DNA from: Gnetum montanum
Lineage: Eukaryota; Plantae; Gnetophyta
Assembly: GCA_015680685.1 (NCBI GenBank)
Contig: MNCI01001300.1
Span: 381,086-445,085 of the forward strand
Length of the DNA stretch: 64,000 bases
Direction of reading: 5' to 3'
In this document: positions 49,583 through 63,735 of the stretch, piece by piece
Layout of the letters: each line of letters begins with the position of its first letter
How positions within the stretch are numbered: position 1 is the first letter of the stretch
The notes under the pieces: generated by a model
What the model saw: only the letters and a program-made list of their open reading frames with translations
The model's database searches: none
Told to the model about the DNA's origin: nothing
Made by a program: the position numbers and the translations under genes

Positions 49583-50514
49583 TTTTACTTTTTTGATATT
49601 TTCATAACCAAGAAAAGTGGGATTTTGACTTTGTTACATTCATTTACACTATTAAAATTCCAAAACATCATCACCATAAGTCATGTCTCGAGCTCCCACA
49701 GGTTCTTAGAAGATGTTCTAGATCATGATCTATCATATGAACATCATATATGGTGACTTATAGCAAAATTAGAAACATAAAAATTCTAAGTATCACCTAG
49801 GTAACATATGTGATGCTAACACTAGTATCAACACCACGTACATTAGTCTTCACTACATCACCTTTCTGAACTTATCTCTCAGCTACCATTTCAGCTTCAT
49901 CAAACTTCCAATGACCAATATACATGCATAAGTCCATAGATGACAAGCATCAATTTTGATATGTTTCAACAAGCTCTAGGAGATATGATATAGGAAATGT
50001 TTTAAAGGTTACTAGGTGATGTTGATGCTTTATGTCACTTTATGTAGTCAATTTTTTAGCTTTTATTATAAGTTTTCCTTTCAACCATAGTTTTAACTCT
50101 TTTAAACCTCTGGTAGCAAGTTTATGTTAGTACCGAAATGACAAGTATTAACTTTGTTAGTTTTGATAACCTCTAGAAGATACAAGACTAGAAAGTTTTC
50201 TATGACTATCTAGGTGAAAGAAATTTTCAAAAAACATGAGATATGACATGAAAGAAGATAATTTTTCTAAGTATGGCTAGGTGACACTTAGGTTAGCATC
50301 AATGTCTATCTTAGTTAAAATTGTAGCTTGCATCACAAATTTGTCTTTTGATCATAGTTATAGCATATATGAAAATATATATGCTAGCATCAGCATCAAG
50401 TGTGACCTACAACACATGACAATATGCACATGATATCATCACATCAAATCACCTAACTTGTAACTTTAGATTTTCAAAAATGAACTCTAGTTAACTACAC
50501 TTGACTTTGGGACT

Positions 50515-50605
50515 ATCATCATCTTCCTAGCCTTATCCCAAAAAAGTGAAGTCAATGACATGAGCTCTTTTTCATCATTCATCACTATGAAGATCTATAT
50601 TTTTG
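50515..50605 (-). mobile_element. Short RTE 3'-end fragment
   Basis: The reverse complement reads GAATGATGAAAAAGAGCTCATGTCATTGAC...GGGATAAGGCTAGGAAGATGATGAT. Confidence 0.75.
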
Positions 50606-51436
50606 GAAACCCTAACCCTATAAATATCAAGTGAAAATGAAATTTTATGGCTGACTTCTTAAGATTCAGATCACTTTTTCAAATTTTGAGAGACCCAAAG
50701 CATTAGCCCTTATGCCCATCTTATTACTTGCAGGCTCCATGATCACCTCAACATTACCTACAATCCACAATCATAGTTCTTATGCCTAAGTCTCTTGTAG
50801 CATGTGCACATGCTAGTGTTAGTGTTATTGTGTCACATTGTGTTACCTACACTAGTGTTAGTATCCACAACTCCAATGTTACCTATGGGATAGTTTATAA
50901 AAAAAACCCTATTTTAACCCCAAATCAATTCCAAATAGTGCTAATAGCCTATTTTTTCATATCTACACTAATCAAAGGTTAAAATTCATCATAAAAGTTC
51001 TTACTTTGCTAATAAACTGAGTTTCTATTGCTAGTTTTATTTCATGTTTTGTATCTCTTCTCATTTACTTAATTAAGCATTTCATTCTTTAGAAAGGAAA
51101 CTTAAACCCTTTCCTACATATAAAGTTTCTCATTTTTTACTAGTTTTATGCTTTTTATTCATTTCCATTTCTTAGATTTTAGTTTACATCACTTATAGTT
51201 GATTCATATATCAATGAATTCATCATTACTTAATTATTCCTTTATCAATTCAACACTAAATGATAGGCTAAGTTCATAGTTGGCTAGAGGTTCATGCTCT
51301 ATGTTTCATAATCATTGATATATTAAGGATTAGGTCATTCCAAAAACCATTTACAACTATGGATTAGATACTGAATATCTAATTCATGGAGGGGTCCCCA
51401 TAACATTGTGAAAGAATAATTTGATAGAAATACCTC

Positions 51437-51453
51437 TGGTGCTACAAGGAAGA
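51437..51453 (+). promoter_or_regulatory. Degenerate tRNA-Asn PBS of a third Tat-like element
   Basis: TGGTGCTACAAGGAAGA upstream of a gag remnant; upstream LTR-like sequence has CCTATAAATA near 50617. Confidence 0.6.
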
Positions 51454-51779
51454 TCAATAGGTTTTCTAATATCTCAAACCCATTTTCTAGAATCCCATAA
51501 GCCCTTTCCAACATTTCTAAATTTGCATATTTTTACACTTTATTTAGATTTTAATAATATATTCTTTTTCTATTTGCACTTGATCCTTATTTCAAGTATA
51601 TGTAGGAGACACTCTTTGACATCATGTTCAACCAAAGATCTAATTAATCTTAGAGCTTCTAGGTTTATAGATTAATGAAGATGTGGAAAATCCATGCATT
51701 CATGACATCAATGTCCAAAATGACTATAAGATCACATGCTAAATGGGAGCTTAGCATTAATTTTTTAAGCCTAAACTAC

Positions 51780-52810
51780 AAAGGATGGTGAAATATGAAG
51801 TTGCTAATAACTTGAAGCCCTTTCTTCCAATCCCAAATCATCTAGTAGAACTAGAAGCATGAGTAAATAGCACTTGTTCAATATCTGCTCATTCGAGATG
51901 AGATTCAAGAATTTTCCAATGTCCACATGTTGTGCAAGGAGGTTACAATTGATCATCCCATTGGAAATTCCAACATCAACTTCAATAGAAGATATTAGCT
52001 CTAGGACTAACATAGCAAGGATAATGGCATTAACATTTGTGACAATGATGAGGATGAGAAACCTCACACTTCATTGGCTACAAAATTATTTTCATAATAC
52101 ACCACATAGCCATAAAGACTAATCCTATAGCATGTCAACCTCATCAAATTCACCAATCCATTATCTATGCATGCTTCCAAAATACTTTCACTACTACACC
52201 TGTTGTCATTGCTCTAGTTTCTATTGTCCCACCTATGGTAACATTGTCATTAGCATATAGCTTATTTTCAAGAACAAACATTATTAATCTTACACCTCAT
52301 GTGCAAGTCCAAAATCCTAGTATGCTACTAAGCTTATTCCAATCATAATCCCTAGCATTACAAGTCTAGTAGCCATAAGTTTCATTGTCATTCCTATAAT
52401 TTTCTTTGCATTTGCCCCAATATACTATTCCAAAATTTATTTTCATGTCCATAATTATACCTTCCTTGCTAAATTTTCCTATTCATAACTCCATCCTAGG
52501 TGATCCTACCACATCATCCATCCCTAGTATTTCATCCAATTGAATGCTCTTACTTTTAGACTTATCATCCACGTTGCTAGCTAATGAGGATAAAAAATGA
52601 AAAGTGACAATGCTACATGCGAAAAATCCTATTGTTTCCATTGTTAATATTCTTATTAACTCCATTAGCTTGTTGATTACACTTGCTCAAGTTTCCAAGG
52701 GAGTCTCATTATCTAACTTTATTAAGTATCATGACGAAACTGATCTTGTAAATCATGTTGTCACTTTTTGCAATGAGTGCATCCTATTAGCTAGCTACCA
52801 TCATATCATT
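51780..52810 (+). pseudogene. gag: Tat-like gag, left part
   Basis: KGVSLSNFIKYHDETDLVNHVVTFCNECILLASYHHII (ORF 52604..52813), homologous to 6162..6392. Confidence 0.7.
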
Positions 52811-54019
52811 TGATGAGGTATCCATTAGCAATTTGCATGTTGATTATAAATCATGGATTTTTGAAGTATTCCATGTACCCTATGTTTGTATTCTAGCATG
52901 TTTGGTTGAGGTTCTTAGTCTTTTGAAATGCAATCTAGCCTCTTGTGTTATGCTATGAGGTCATGTGCATGCTTCCAAGCTCTTTAGGAAGATTATGGCC
53001 TCATTCAAATGTGATTTGGTTCTTATAGCATGTCCCTTAGATTTCATCTTTCATTTGGAATTATTGATATAAAGTGTAATTTGAGGAGATGTGCTAACCA
53101 CCCTACATCATCTCCTCTAGCCTTGGTTTGACCTTCTTCACCTACGGTGCAACTAGAATTAGCTTGTGCTATATTGATGGACCTTTGTTGATTCTTAGGC
53201 ATTGAAAAATCTCCATTTCATTACAAAAACTATAAATACTTGAGACAAGCTCTCACATAGACCTTAGTCATATTGTAAGCATTACTTTGATATTATTCAA
53301 GCTTTTGGTGTTTAGTTTGTGTAAAGAGATCTTCCTCCCTTGGGTAAGTTGATTCCTTTTCTTGTCTCATGTGTGTTTTAAGTCATCACTTTCATAAGTA
53401 TGGCTAGACTCTATTTGAGTGTTATCTTACTTATGTAGCCTGAAACCATTTGGTTGATGCAAAGTATAGTGTTTGCGTAGTCATTAAAGCTTATGGTTTT
53501 TCCCCACTCCACAATTGATGCCTTAAACATTAAAACACCAAAAATATTATAAAATATTAAAATCATAAAAATAATTATTTAATTCTTATTTCATCAACTA
53601 CAATAATTCATCATTGTCCAAGGAGGGCATAATTGTATGACATGGTTTTAGGCCATAAAGGTTGTAACTAAGAGTCATTTTATTACATTTCATATGTGGT
53701 GTTACACCTACCTCCAAGAGGGATTACAACACAAGCACTGCACATGTTCCCAAGAGGGATTGTGATGCATGGTATGTATTTTTTTTCTTATATTTATAAA
53801 ATCCATAAAAATTATAAATATTCTCTCTATTCCCCACTGTGACAACATAAGTTTAATTGTATCATATGTATTATAATATTTTTTATATTTTTTTAATGCA
53901 ACGATATACACGAGTGTTCTTTGTAATTCACTCAAGATCATCTTCAAAGCTTATGACTAGATCACACTACATTTCATATGATAAATTTCATTTATCCAAA
54001 ACTATATAGACTCCTATCA
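52811..54019 (+). repeat. 5' LTR of the pol-less Athila-like element
   Basis: Colinear with 58584-59849; shared blocks include AAAACTATAAATACTT and TAACTAAGAGTCATTTTATTACATTT. Confidence 0.85.
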
Positions 54020-57000
54020 TTGGCTTTATTGCTTAGGAAGGCATTGGTGAATTACCTTGAAATACTTGATTTCATAATTTTAACTATGGCTGAATTGAGC
54101 AATGAAAATATATTAAAGTAAAAACCTCAATTAGTCCAAAGAATTTTTAAAAACATGTGAATGATCCTGAAACCTCCTATTGTGATAAAATTTCATCAAG
54201 ATAAACTAGGATAATGACAAGATAGTCATGGATAATTTTGCAAAGAACCTCGAGAAGCTACACCTACCAACTTTGAGGAGGCTTTGTCTAATCAAGGCTT
54301 CATCAAGGACTTGGAAAATTGTAAACCCTTGTTACTGCAACACTCATAGTATACTTATGAAAAGAAAAAGAATCATAATATGATTATGAAGTAGGAGTAC
54401 GAGTGCATACATGCTGGAATATAGGTAGGAATTTCTCCTAGACACTCCCATTGCTATAACATGAACAATTCTAGGGGAAGGAGATCCACACATCTTTGTT
54501 TGTGGAGCCTAACCTATACCTATGGTGAACTAAAGTAGTCCATCATCCTACCTTTTTCTTATCTTCATTTGAATAGAGGTGTTAATAACTTGGATGAGCC
54601 ATGATTTCCATGGACTTGCTAAGGTTAAATTCATGAAGTAGTTTGCATCCCACCTAAAAGCATCAAGGAGAGTATCATCAAAAAGGTTAATATGGCTAAC
54701 ATTCCCATATTTAGTAGATAGTTTAATAATGATCTGCAGCTCCATGTCCAAATAGTTTTCCACTTAGATGAGCTACAAGGATTAAATAGTAAGTGGAAAA
54801 ACCTCTGTCTTTTTCCCCATACATTTATTGATTATGCTAGAACATGATATCAATCTTAGCTATCCAATTCCATCTCTTCTTAAGTAGACATGTTAAAAGC
54901 TTTTAATGCCATATTTTAATCTTATGCTTGAGTTACAAACCTTAGAAAGAAGATAGCAAGATAGAAGTAGAATACCAATGAATGATTAGATGTGGCCATA
55001 GAATGGTACAATTACTTGGATAATCAATGTTGAAATCATAGGTTTAGAAAACATGACTAATTAATGTACCTAGTAGAAGCACTACAACCAAAAACTCATG
55101 AAAAGGTAGATATGCAAGTCATGAAGCATGTCTATTAGATGTGTATGGCTTAAATTATTGTTGTGTTAGTTGTTGTAGCTAAATTGGGACGTGAATGACA
55201 TAAGCATGTAAATCTAGAGAAAGCCAACATAAATCCCTAATGTTAGAAGGATGTAAAGAACATTGAATATAAGATTCAACCATTTGATGTTGTCAAAGCC
55301 CTTGTTCAGGAAAGCATGAAAATGAATAAAACTTTGAAAGACCTTTCCAATGTTGTTGACAAGGTTTGGGATGTTGTTGTCCAAAATGGCATTTCGTACC
55401 ATTATAGGATGGAATTTTAAATTATCCATGGTAGAAACATGTTAAATTCCATAATTCAAGGTACTACCCTCATTTTCCATCATCATACACTATTGGAAAG
55501 TACCATAACAATCATGTTCCTTCAATGGAAAGAAATTTATCATCTCATTAATGTATTTTTATAAGAGAAAGAAGAACAAGAAGGTCTATGTGGGTTTATG
55601 CTTATCTCCTTCACAATCATCTTTAGAGAAATGAAACCAAGGAGGATATGCTTCTAAATAATAAGTTCAGCAATTAGCCTTGAACTTAGTCATGGAAAAG
55701 GAACCCTTCACATAATGGCTTGAGTGGTATAGTATGGTTTGTTTGTTGGTTTACATTTTGATGTGCTTTAATAAAGTTCAAGTATGTAGTTATTTATTTT
55801 TCTATTTTTAAGCTTAATAATTAATGATTCATAAGCTTCTAGGTTTTGAAGTGTGTTTGTAAGTGTCTATGAAAAACTAGTTCGTGTGCTTTTTGAATGC
55901 TCACCCAATAAGCTAATGGTGGATGGGTGAGTTACATACATGATGATGATGTGAGAGTGCTAAATGAGTCCAAAGTATAATCTTGATCAATGGAAGTCTC
56001 ACACAACAAAATTCATCCACTTTTCTACTATCCATTATTAGTGAACCAAGCTTCAATTTAGTGGGGAGATTCAACTTACACTCTAACTTGTTAAATCTAC
56101 TACTAATAGAACCATGGATAAGTGGTGGCTCCATAGCCTAAGGTGTAAGCTATAGAATCTTGTAAGATTGCCTAGCCAATATTAAGAAAAGAGTGACTAT
56201 TAAGGTTCTTATAACCATTGTAATGGGTCTAATCAATGTAATTAGATCAAGGTGCATATGTTTTCCATGATCATTCTTGGTTAGAAGAGGTTCATGATAT
56301 CATGGACATATGTGTGTCATGTAATAAGGGATGAATTCCCATGTTCTTGCAAGTCAAAGACTCTAGATGGTAATCTGGCACTCTAATCATTCCCATAATT
56401 TACATGCACTATCAAAAATCCTCTTATTATGAAAGAAAAAGAATAGATGAAAAAATTAAGGATGAAATGAAAAGAAAATACAAAAAAAAGAAAATGAATA
56501 AAGAAGAAGAGGTAATGGAAAGAGATGATATTCCAAGCTCTTCAGTCCATGTAAATTGGTATTTCTACCATCTTGGACTCATTCTATAATCACTTAAGTA
56601 AGATCAAAATGAGTGGTTACATCAATAATCATGTAAAGTATATCTCATGTTTAACCTATTTGCTAGATCAGTTTACCTCCAAATGTAATATTCCAAGATA
56701 ATCTCTTTCTCATCCCTACCCATGGCCATGAAGGCTTAGAATTTTCATTTTGAGTGAACTTTGGTAATATCAAATGTTTCCTCCATCTAATTTCTAAATC
56801 CATTTATTCTTATTTATAATTGCTATTAAGATTGGGATTGGTTAGTACGGTAAAATGGATGGGTGAGAGGATTTTAATAAAGTAAAATTAAGTGATCCTA
56901 CTATACATACTTTCATAGATGAAGGAAAACCAAACTTTAAGCTTAACTTCTAAATGATTTGTATCATGTTGCCTTGGTTTTGACTTCACCAATGCTTAGA

Positions 57001-58583
57001 CCACAAACAATCAAGGCTAGATGGCACTAGTAGTAACAAGAATGACCTTATGTTTAGAAGGTAGACTTGGAGATATACCCCTACTATGTGGATGAGTAGC
57101 AATGAAGGGATACAATAATGGATCTTTCATGGGATGTAGGATGTGCTCAGATGCTTCCATGAGCTACTTAAATGCTTAGCCAGGGATCCAGTGATGTTTT
57201 AGTTTCATCTTATTTCTCTTATCCATCATTCATTTTACATATCTTTCTTTCTACTTTATGCATTATTATGTGTGGGAGGAAGTTGAAAAAGTAAAGTGGA
57301 GGATGAGATTTGTCAATCCAAGGGGATGGACTCACATTTGATGCTAATGTCTCATTGGTTGTTGGGAATTCATAGGTGTCTCATCAAGGTTTCAAAAGGG
57401 TAAGAAATCTAGGTGTCTACTATGGGGAGGACTCACTTGTGAATTCTTGATAATGTGACATTATGAGTGAGTGAGTGAGCTTAAGCTTATGTTTCAATGA
57501 TGGCGATGGTTGCATAGTATAAAGTACTTGATTGATCTTCCACTTGTATAAGTTTCAACACTACAAGCTTCAAAGTTTAGTCTTCACAATTCTTTTCCAT
57601 CTTACCTTAATTATACCTATTTGTTTGGCCTTTAGGTACTCTATTTGTCTTTCATTTTCTAACCTCATAAGTTTGGATGTCATTTAAGATAATATTTTAA
57701 TGTTTCGATCTTCTGTCTCTCTTTTTTGGCTTATTTGATTTGATGCTTGATTGGATTTTAAAATATTCATGAGCATTTTTCATGTGGTTTAAGCTAGATG
57801 TTCTAGAACTCAATCATGGTGAAGAGGCACCAATTTGGGTATGTACTTTGTAATTTTGGTGATTATTTAAATTATTTTCATATTATTTTTACTTATCCAT
57901 GCATTCCTTAACTCCATAGTTTTTATTATGTTTCTTTTGTGTCCTTGAGGTTTATACTTATCATTGTTCCCATGGCCATTTTTTTGTAATGATGGTATAA
58001 TTCCTTGGGAATCTCACTTGATTTTTACCATGTTCACAACTCTTCATGTAAGGAGGTTGTGCTTAGGATTTTTTAGACCTACTTGAAAGAGATTGAGAGA
58101 TCTTAGTTCTTAGTCCATAATCTTGCAAGAGAAATACTAGTCTTGGAAGAACATGAGAAACAATATCAATCACCAAATCCAAAACTTTTATGTGAGAGAC
58201 CTCCATCAAGAGAGAGATCCAAAGGAAAATGGTCATACTCTTAATCTTTGGGTTGAGAATGTGCCTAGTAATATCTCTTGAATGACCACTGAAAGAGTTG
58301 GCAAGAGACAATTTAAAGATGGATGACATGAAATAAGGCATAGTTGCAAATGATATGTGATAAATATATTTCCTTATGACTTCTTCCTATTCCATGTAGG
58401 CATGTCAAAATGATTTTCTCCTGTACCACCATCCCTAGCACTTCTTTGTAATATGGATTCTATGTAACATATTCATGGTATATGTTTTACATTTGTAATT
58501 ACTCCATAGCCTCTTGTCATATGTCTAGTTTTGTATCTTGGGTTTTAAAGATATGAAACTACCTTTACTTAGTCATGTGGAAA

Positions 58584-59849
58584 TGATGAGACATTTATTG
58601 GCAATTTGTATATTGATTGTAAGCCCTGGGTTTGGGAAGTATTTCATCTACGCTATGTTTGTAGTCTAGCATGTTCTATTGAGGTTCTTGGTCTCTTGAA
58701 ATGCACCCTAACTTTCTATGTCATTTTAATGTTATGTGCATGATTCCAAGATCTTTATGATTATTCTAGATTCATTTTGTTGATCTTTGGTTCTTTTAGC
58801 ATGCACATCGGGTTTTGGCTTAAATTTGAAATTATTGGTTCAAAGTGTAGTTTGGAAGTTGTGTTAACTACCCTACGTTATTGCATTCCCTATGTTAGTG
58901 TGGGGGTGTTGATGAAACCTCTCCAAGTTTGACTTGGCCTTTTTTTTCTATAGTGTGACTAGGATTTCCTTGGGTTCCATTGATGAAACTCTATTGATGT
59001 CTAGGCACTAATGAACCTCCTCCATTTTATTGCAAAAACTATAAATACTTAGGATGAGTTCTCACAAAAAAATTAGTCATATCATAAGCATTACTTTAGT
59101 TTCATTTACACTTTTTGTATCCAATTTGTGTGAAGAGTTATTCCTCCCTTAGGTAAGTTTATTTCTTTCCTTGTCTCATGTGTGTCTTAAGTCATTACTT
59201 TCACAATTGTAGCTAGACTTTGTCAAAGTACTACCTTGCTTATGTAGCCAAAAACCATTTTGTCAATGCAAAGTCTAATGTTTGTGTAATGAATAAAGAT
59301 CATGGTTTTCCCTTGTTCCACCATTGATAACTTAAATATTCAAACACCAAAAACATTATAAAACATTAAAATCATAAAAATATTTATTTAATTCTCATTT
59401 TCATAAGCTACAATGATTCATCCTTATCCAAGGAGGTCATAACTATATACCATGGTATTAAGAATTTAAGGTCATAACTAAGAGTCATTTTATTACATTT
59501 CCTATGTGGTGTTGCACCTATGCCTAAGAGGAATTGCAACATGAGAATTGCACCTATCCCTGAAGAGGGATTGTGATTCATGTATGTTTATGTTTTTTTT
59601 ATTCTTATATTCATAAAATCAATCAAAATTATAAAATATAAAGTTATATATATTCTCTCTATTTTCCACCATGGTAAATGAGTTTAATTATATCATATGT
59701 ATTATATTCTCTTTTATATTTCTTAAACACAATGATATACATGAGTGTTCTTGGAAATTTACTCAACATGTCTTCAAAGCTTATGACTAGATCACATTTC
59801 TTTTTGTATGGTAAATCCCATTAGTCCAAAACTGGTGGGACCTCTATCA
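58584..59849 (+). repeat. 3' LTR of the pol-less Athila-like element
   Basis: Colinear with 52811-54019. Confidence 0.85.
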
Positions 59850-61550
59850 TTAGGCTAGGTATTTTTTTTAATTCATTGATAAGTAAAGAACTTGAATGGT
59901 ACATGACTTCTTTTGATGGGTTCATCACCTCCTTGGAGTAGTTCATCATAGTCTTTGTGAAGAGGTTTAAATATAATATCAACAAGGGTGGTACATGAAA
60001 AAACTATTAGCCATCAAGAAGGCATCCACTGAATCCATTTCTAAGCTTATTTCTTCATTGACTTTAGCAATAATGGAGCTCACCCATCCCCTACCTAATG
60101 ATCAACTATTAGATATTTTTGAGGAAACTTTCAACAATTATATTAGAGGTAATCCAATCTATCTTTGGTAACTTAGCCTTCATGATATCATCGCTGTAGT
60201 GAAACACATTAAGGAGGTGACCATCTAATGCAACGATCTAGAATGGATAAACTTTTGCAACAAAACTAGTAAGTCAGCTAAAGAAAGAGCTTTATAGACT
60301 GTACAATAAATAGTAGCTTTGGTGAATCAAGCTTCACTAGCATCCTCAACCACTGCCAATAATGCTAGACAAACTTCATCAAATAAAGATAAGTAAATAA
60401 TACAACCCAAAGATTAATTCAAATATCACAAGTTTCCAATATCATATACTTTGGTATACAACACACTACTAAGACACAAACACATAATCTTGAAATAAGT
60501 CTTGGAGTAGTCATAGGATAAATTAAAGTGCATATAGAATCTAGTCATAGATCCTTTCCAACATATGGAAAGAGATCCACTACTCCCAAGATGGTACAAT
60601 TCTAAAAAATTTTATTATTATGATTAGGATGTAAGTCATGACAAAAAAAATTGTAATGCACTCAAAGATGACATTCATGTGCTTGTGAAAAAAAGGGAGA
60701 ATAATCTTTAATATACTAGTTTAACTTGACAATTAATATATGTAGATCTTCCAAGATATTTTGAATTTTCATTTAAGGTTAGTATTTGCATTCTACCTTA
60801 AACTCATAGATAATCTTCCCAAAAACTTTTTTGTTATCTAAATGGATCCCTCTTAAACCAATCCCCACATATTCTCATAAGCTAATCCTTATAAACCAAG
60901 GAAATATTTTGTTATTAATTTCCATGAAAAAAGTTCCTCTACTCTAGCTACCTAAAAAATATTAAAAACTCAATTTTTCATAGATCTCACACCATACTAT
61001 GATTCTCCTTCTACCTCTTAAAACCCCATGAATTCTAACCATCAATCACCATTGATGAATAGGTTTCATTTACCTACTTCATCATGCCTACTTGATTTTT
61101 CTTTTATTTCTTCTTATGTAGTGCCTCCTCATCTCATCCCTTATCCTCATCAACATCACAAGAACCATCATTACTTCCTATTCCCACACCTCTAATTCAT
61201 ATCCTTATTAGAGTGCAAAAGAAGCCAATTCCTAAGAAGGAAAAAGGAAAGGTTTAATCTAGCAAGCAATTCTTCCCATAATGGAAGAAAAAGTGGCATC
61301 CTTTGAGCCTCAAAATTCATATATACCTACTCTTATAACTAACTTCAACTACTTCATTATTAATTATTCCTCCAATGCCTTCATCTTTTAAAGATTCAAC
61401 ATTAACACAATAGGCTTTACTCTAAATCACTTTAGTGATGAAGTCAAAAGGGAAGGATCTTTACATTGTTGACCTTATTTCTACCTCTAATGAGCATCGT
61501 TTGACATTGGAAAGGCTCCTAAAGCTGATTACCATACTAGTAGACATTGA
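59850..61550 (+). pseudogene. gag: Tat-like gag, right part
   Basis: FNSLISKELEWY...FVKRFKYN; decayed knuckle LPRWYNSKKFYYYD*DVSHDKKNCNALKDDI near 60580-60680; DLISTSNEHR near 61470. Confidence 0.7.
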
Positions 61551-61551
61551 N

Positions 61552-61891
61552 ATATTCGGGATGCACGGAAGGAGAGCCAACATTCACTATTGAAGGGCAA
61601 GGTTCCCCACATCATTAGTGAAATAGGAGAAGAGGAACCCCTCACGATGGGTTTCTTAGAAAATGATGTTCCTCCTCCTCACTCTAGTGAAGAGGTTAGG
61701 CATCAGGGCCTTAGATCAACGATACATATTCCAGGCTTTGATCCCCGTGAGCACCAGCTATTCACGGCAGGAAAAACTACTCACACTAATGACGGACTCA
61801 TTGATCATCACAACGATCTGGGCCGAAGCAGCCGAAGAGAAGACACGAAACATCACCATGGTGATGGATCCCCTTCTTCTTCTCCTTCATC
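61552..61891. other. 340-bp GC-richer island bounded by single Ns (probable assembly joins)
   Basis: N at 61551 and 61892; abrupt change in composition and CpG content. Confidence 0.7.
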
Positions 61892-62954
61892 NCACAAAGA
61901 AAACCATTGCCAATAGGTCCCATACTTGAGAATTATATCATCTTTACCTTGTTATATTCATGCTTTTAATCTATTTTTTATCTTTATCTTAATCATCTAT
62001 GTTTGCTAATTTTATAAAATTTACACTATTTTATCTTGCTTTATTTTTTTTCTTTAGTTTATACCTTTGTCTCTAGCTTTGATATTTTAAAAATTATTTT
62101 CATTTAATGCTTTATTTCCATTCATTTTATACATTATCTATCAAAACTTAAAATCCATTAAAATTAAAAATCCTATTAAAACATATAAAAGTAAAAAAAA
62201 GCATAACCATATAAAATAGAAAATCCATAAACAAAACTATTCATCATGTTAGCATAGTTTCTTGTACTATTGTTTTCAATTTCCAAAATGTTCATACAAA
62301 CATATATCAAACATAACCATGTCTTCTAACAAAGAAATCAAATTAAACTTATAGTCAACATCCTACCACTACTACTTCTTTATCTTTATTTTCACAAGAA
62401 ACAACTCATCAATTCTTATTATTCCCATTAATCTTCCTTTTTTTCTACATTGTTCATTCATCATTGTATCTCACATGTATAGGTCTTGAATTTTTTTGAT
62501 CCTCATGTCTTGTTCTTCTTTCTCTACATCATTCATTCATCATTGTTTACCAATCCCTATGAGAAATTTATATCTTAATTGATCCTAAGTATAACTACCA
62601 TCATCTTACTTATCCTCAAGTAATTATCAACCTAATCACCCTCATTCTAAGAATATCATCTACTCCTAGCTAGGGCTACATTATTATTTACAACACCATC
62701 ATCTGTGAGCATGTAATAGCCATGTCTTACTTCATCTTTAGGATGGTCCCTTTACTATCATGAAAAATCTTGATAATGAAGTGTTATATGATAAACTTAT
62801 ATTGAAATCAACATCCTAATCTCATGAATCAAGCCTACATCAAGTGGTACTATACATGATGCTAAAAAAAATTATCAAGTTTGATCTAACCATTATCTCC
62901 TATTTTATTTACATTTAATTATATTACTTTTGATTCCCTCCATATCTTACTTTT

Positions 62955-62959
<5 letters not shown>

Positions 62960-62993
<34 letters not shown>
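62960..62993. repeat. (TC)n microsatellite, about 17 units
   Basis: Read directly from the sequence. Confidence 0.95.
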
Positions 62994-62996
<3 letters not shown>

Positions 62997-63439
62997 CTAT
63001 CATTCTTCTACATCTCCCCTCTGCAACTTCATCTATTTTACCTAATTTTTACTAATGTTGTTCTACTAACATTTCTATTTGTTAGCATGCTATGGTAAGG
63101 ATATTTACAAAATATTTTCCTCATGTAAAGAGCCATAAGTATCCTACCATTTTTACTCCATGTGAGAATGTGTTTATTTTGAGTGTTATAGGAATCAAAT
63201 TAATCCATCAATATATCAATCATTAACTATCATTAGAATATGAGATTTATTTGTGCCATAATTTTATGGCATAGCATCTCAACTTGATGTATAGGTAGTG
63301 TCCTTCATTTCTTTCCTTATTTTATTATTTCTTGATCTCACAACTCTATTTCATCTCTCTTATTCGATGTTTCCTCTTATTTCTCTAACTCCCCTTCTTA
63401 TCCCTGTCCCTTTCTCCCATTTTTGTTCTTTTTTAGTGA

Positions 63440-63735
63440 AGGCGTGTTAAGAGTTTGAGTGGGACAAGCTATGAACATCATTAATGGCATTCTTTTGGCC
63501 ATCTTGTATATAGGATTTAACTATTTTCCTCTTTTTGTGACATATCACCATCCTCATAACTAATGTATCAACTATATCCTAACATATCACCTTTGTCTTA
63601 CTCTTTTATCCTACTTTTTCTTTTTTTAGATTCATCATCAACTCATCATCCATTCTCTTCTTGATGTATCCTTCTTCAACATCTCTCTAGCATTTATCAA
63701 GAGGGAACAATATTGTACTTAGTTTTTTAAAATTT
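63440..63735 (+). mobile_element. Tat-like 3' UTR end, PPT and start of a 3' LTR, cut by an N
   Basis: 63443-63710 resembles 45413-45678; PPT-like AAGAGGGAACAA, then TATTGTAC at 63711; N at 63736. Confidence 0.5.

Larger units (their letters stand above)
52811..59849 (+). mobile_element. Old pol-less Athila-like LTR element inserted in the Tat gag
   Basis: Diverged LTR pair at 52811-54019 and 58584-59849 (TGATGAG...CTATCA); PBS-like TGGCTTTATTGCTTAGGA at 54021; gag-like remnants at about 54230-55600; no pol motifs seen. The host gag resumes at 59850. Confidence 0.8.
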
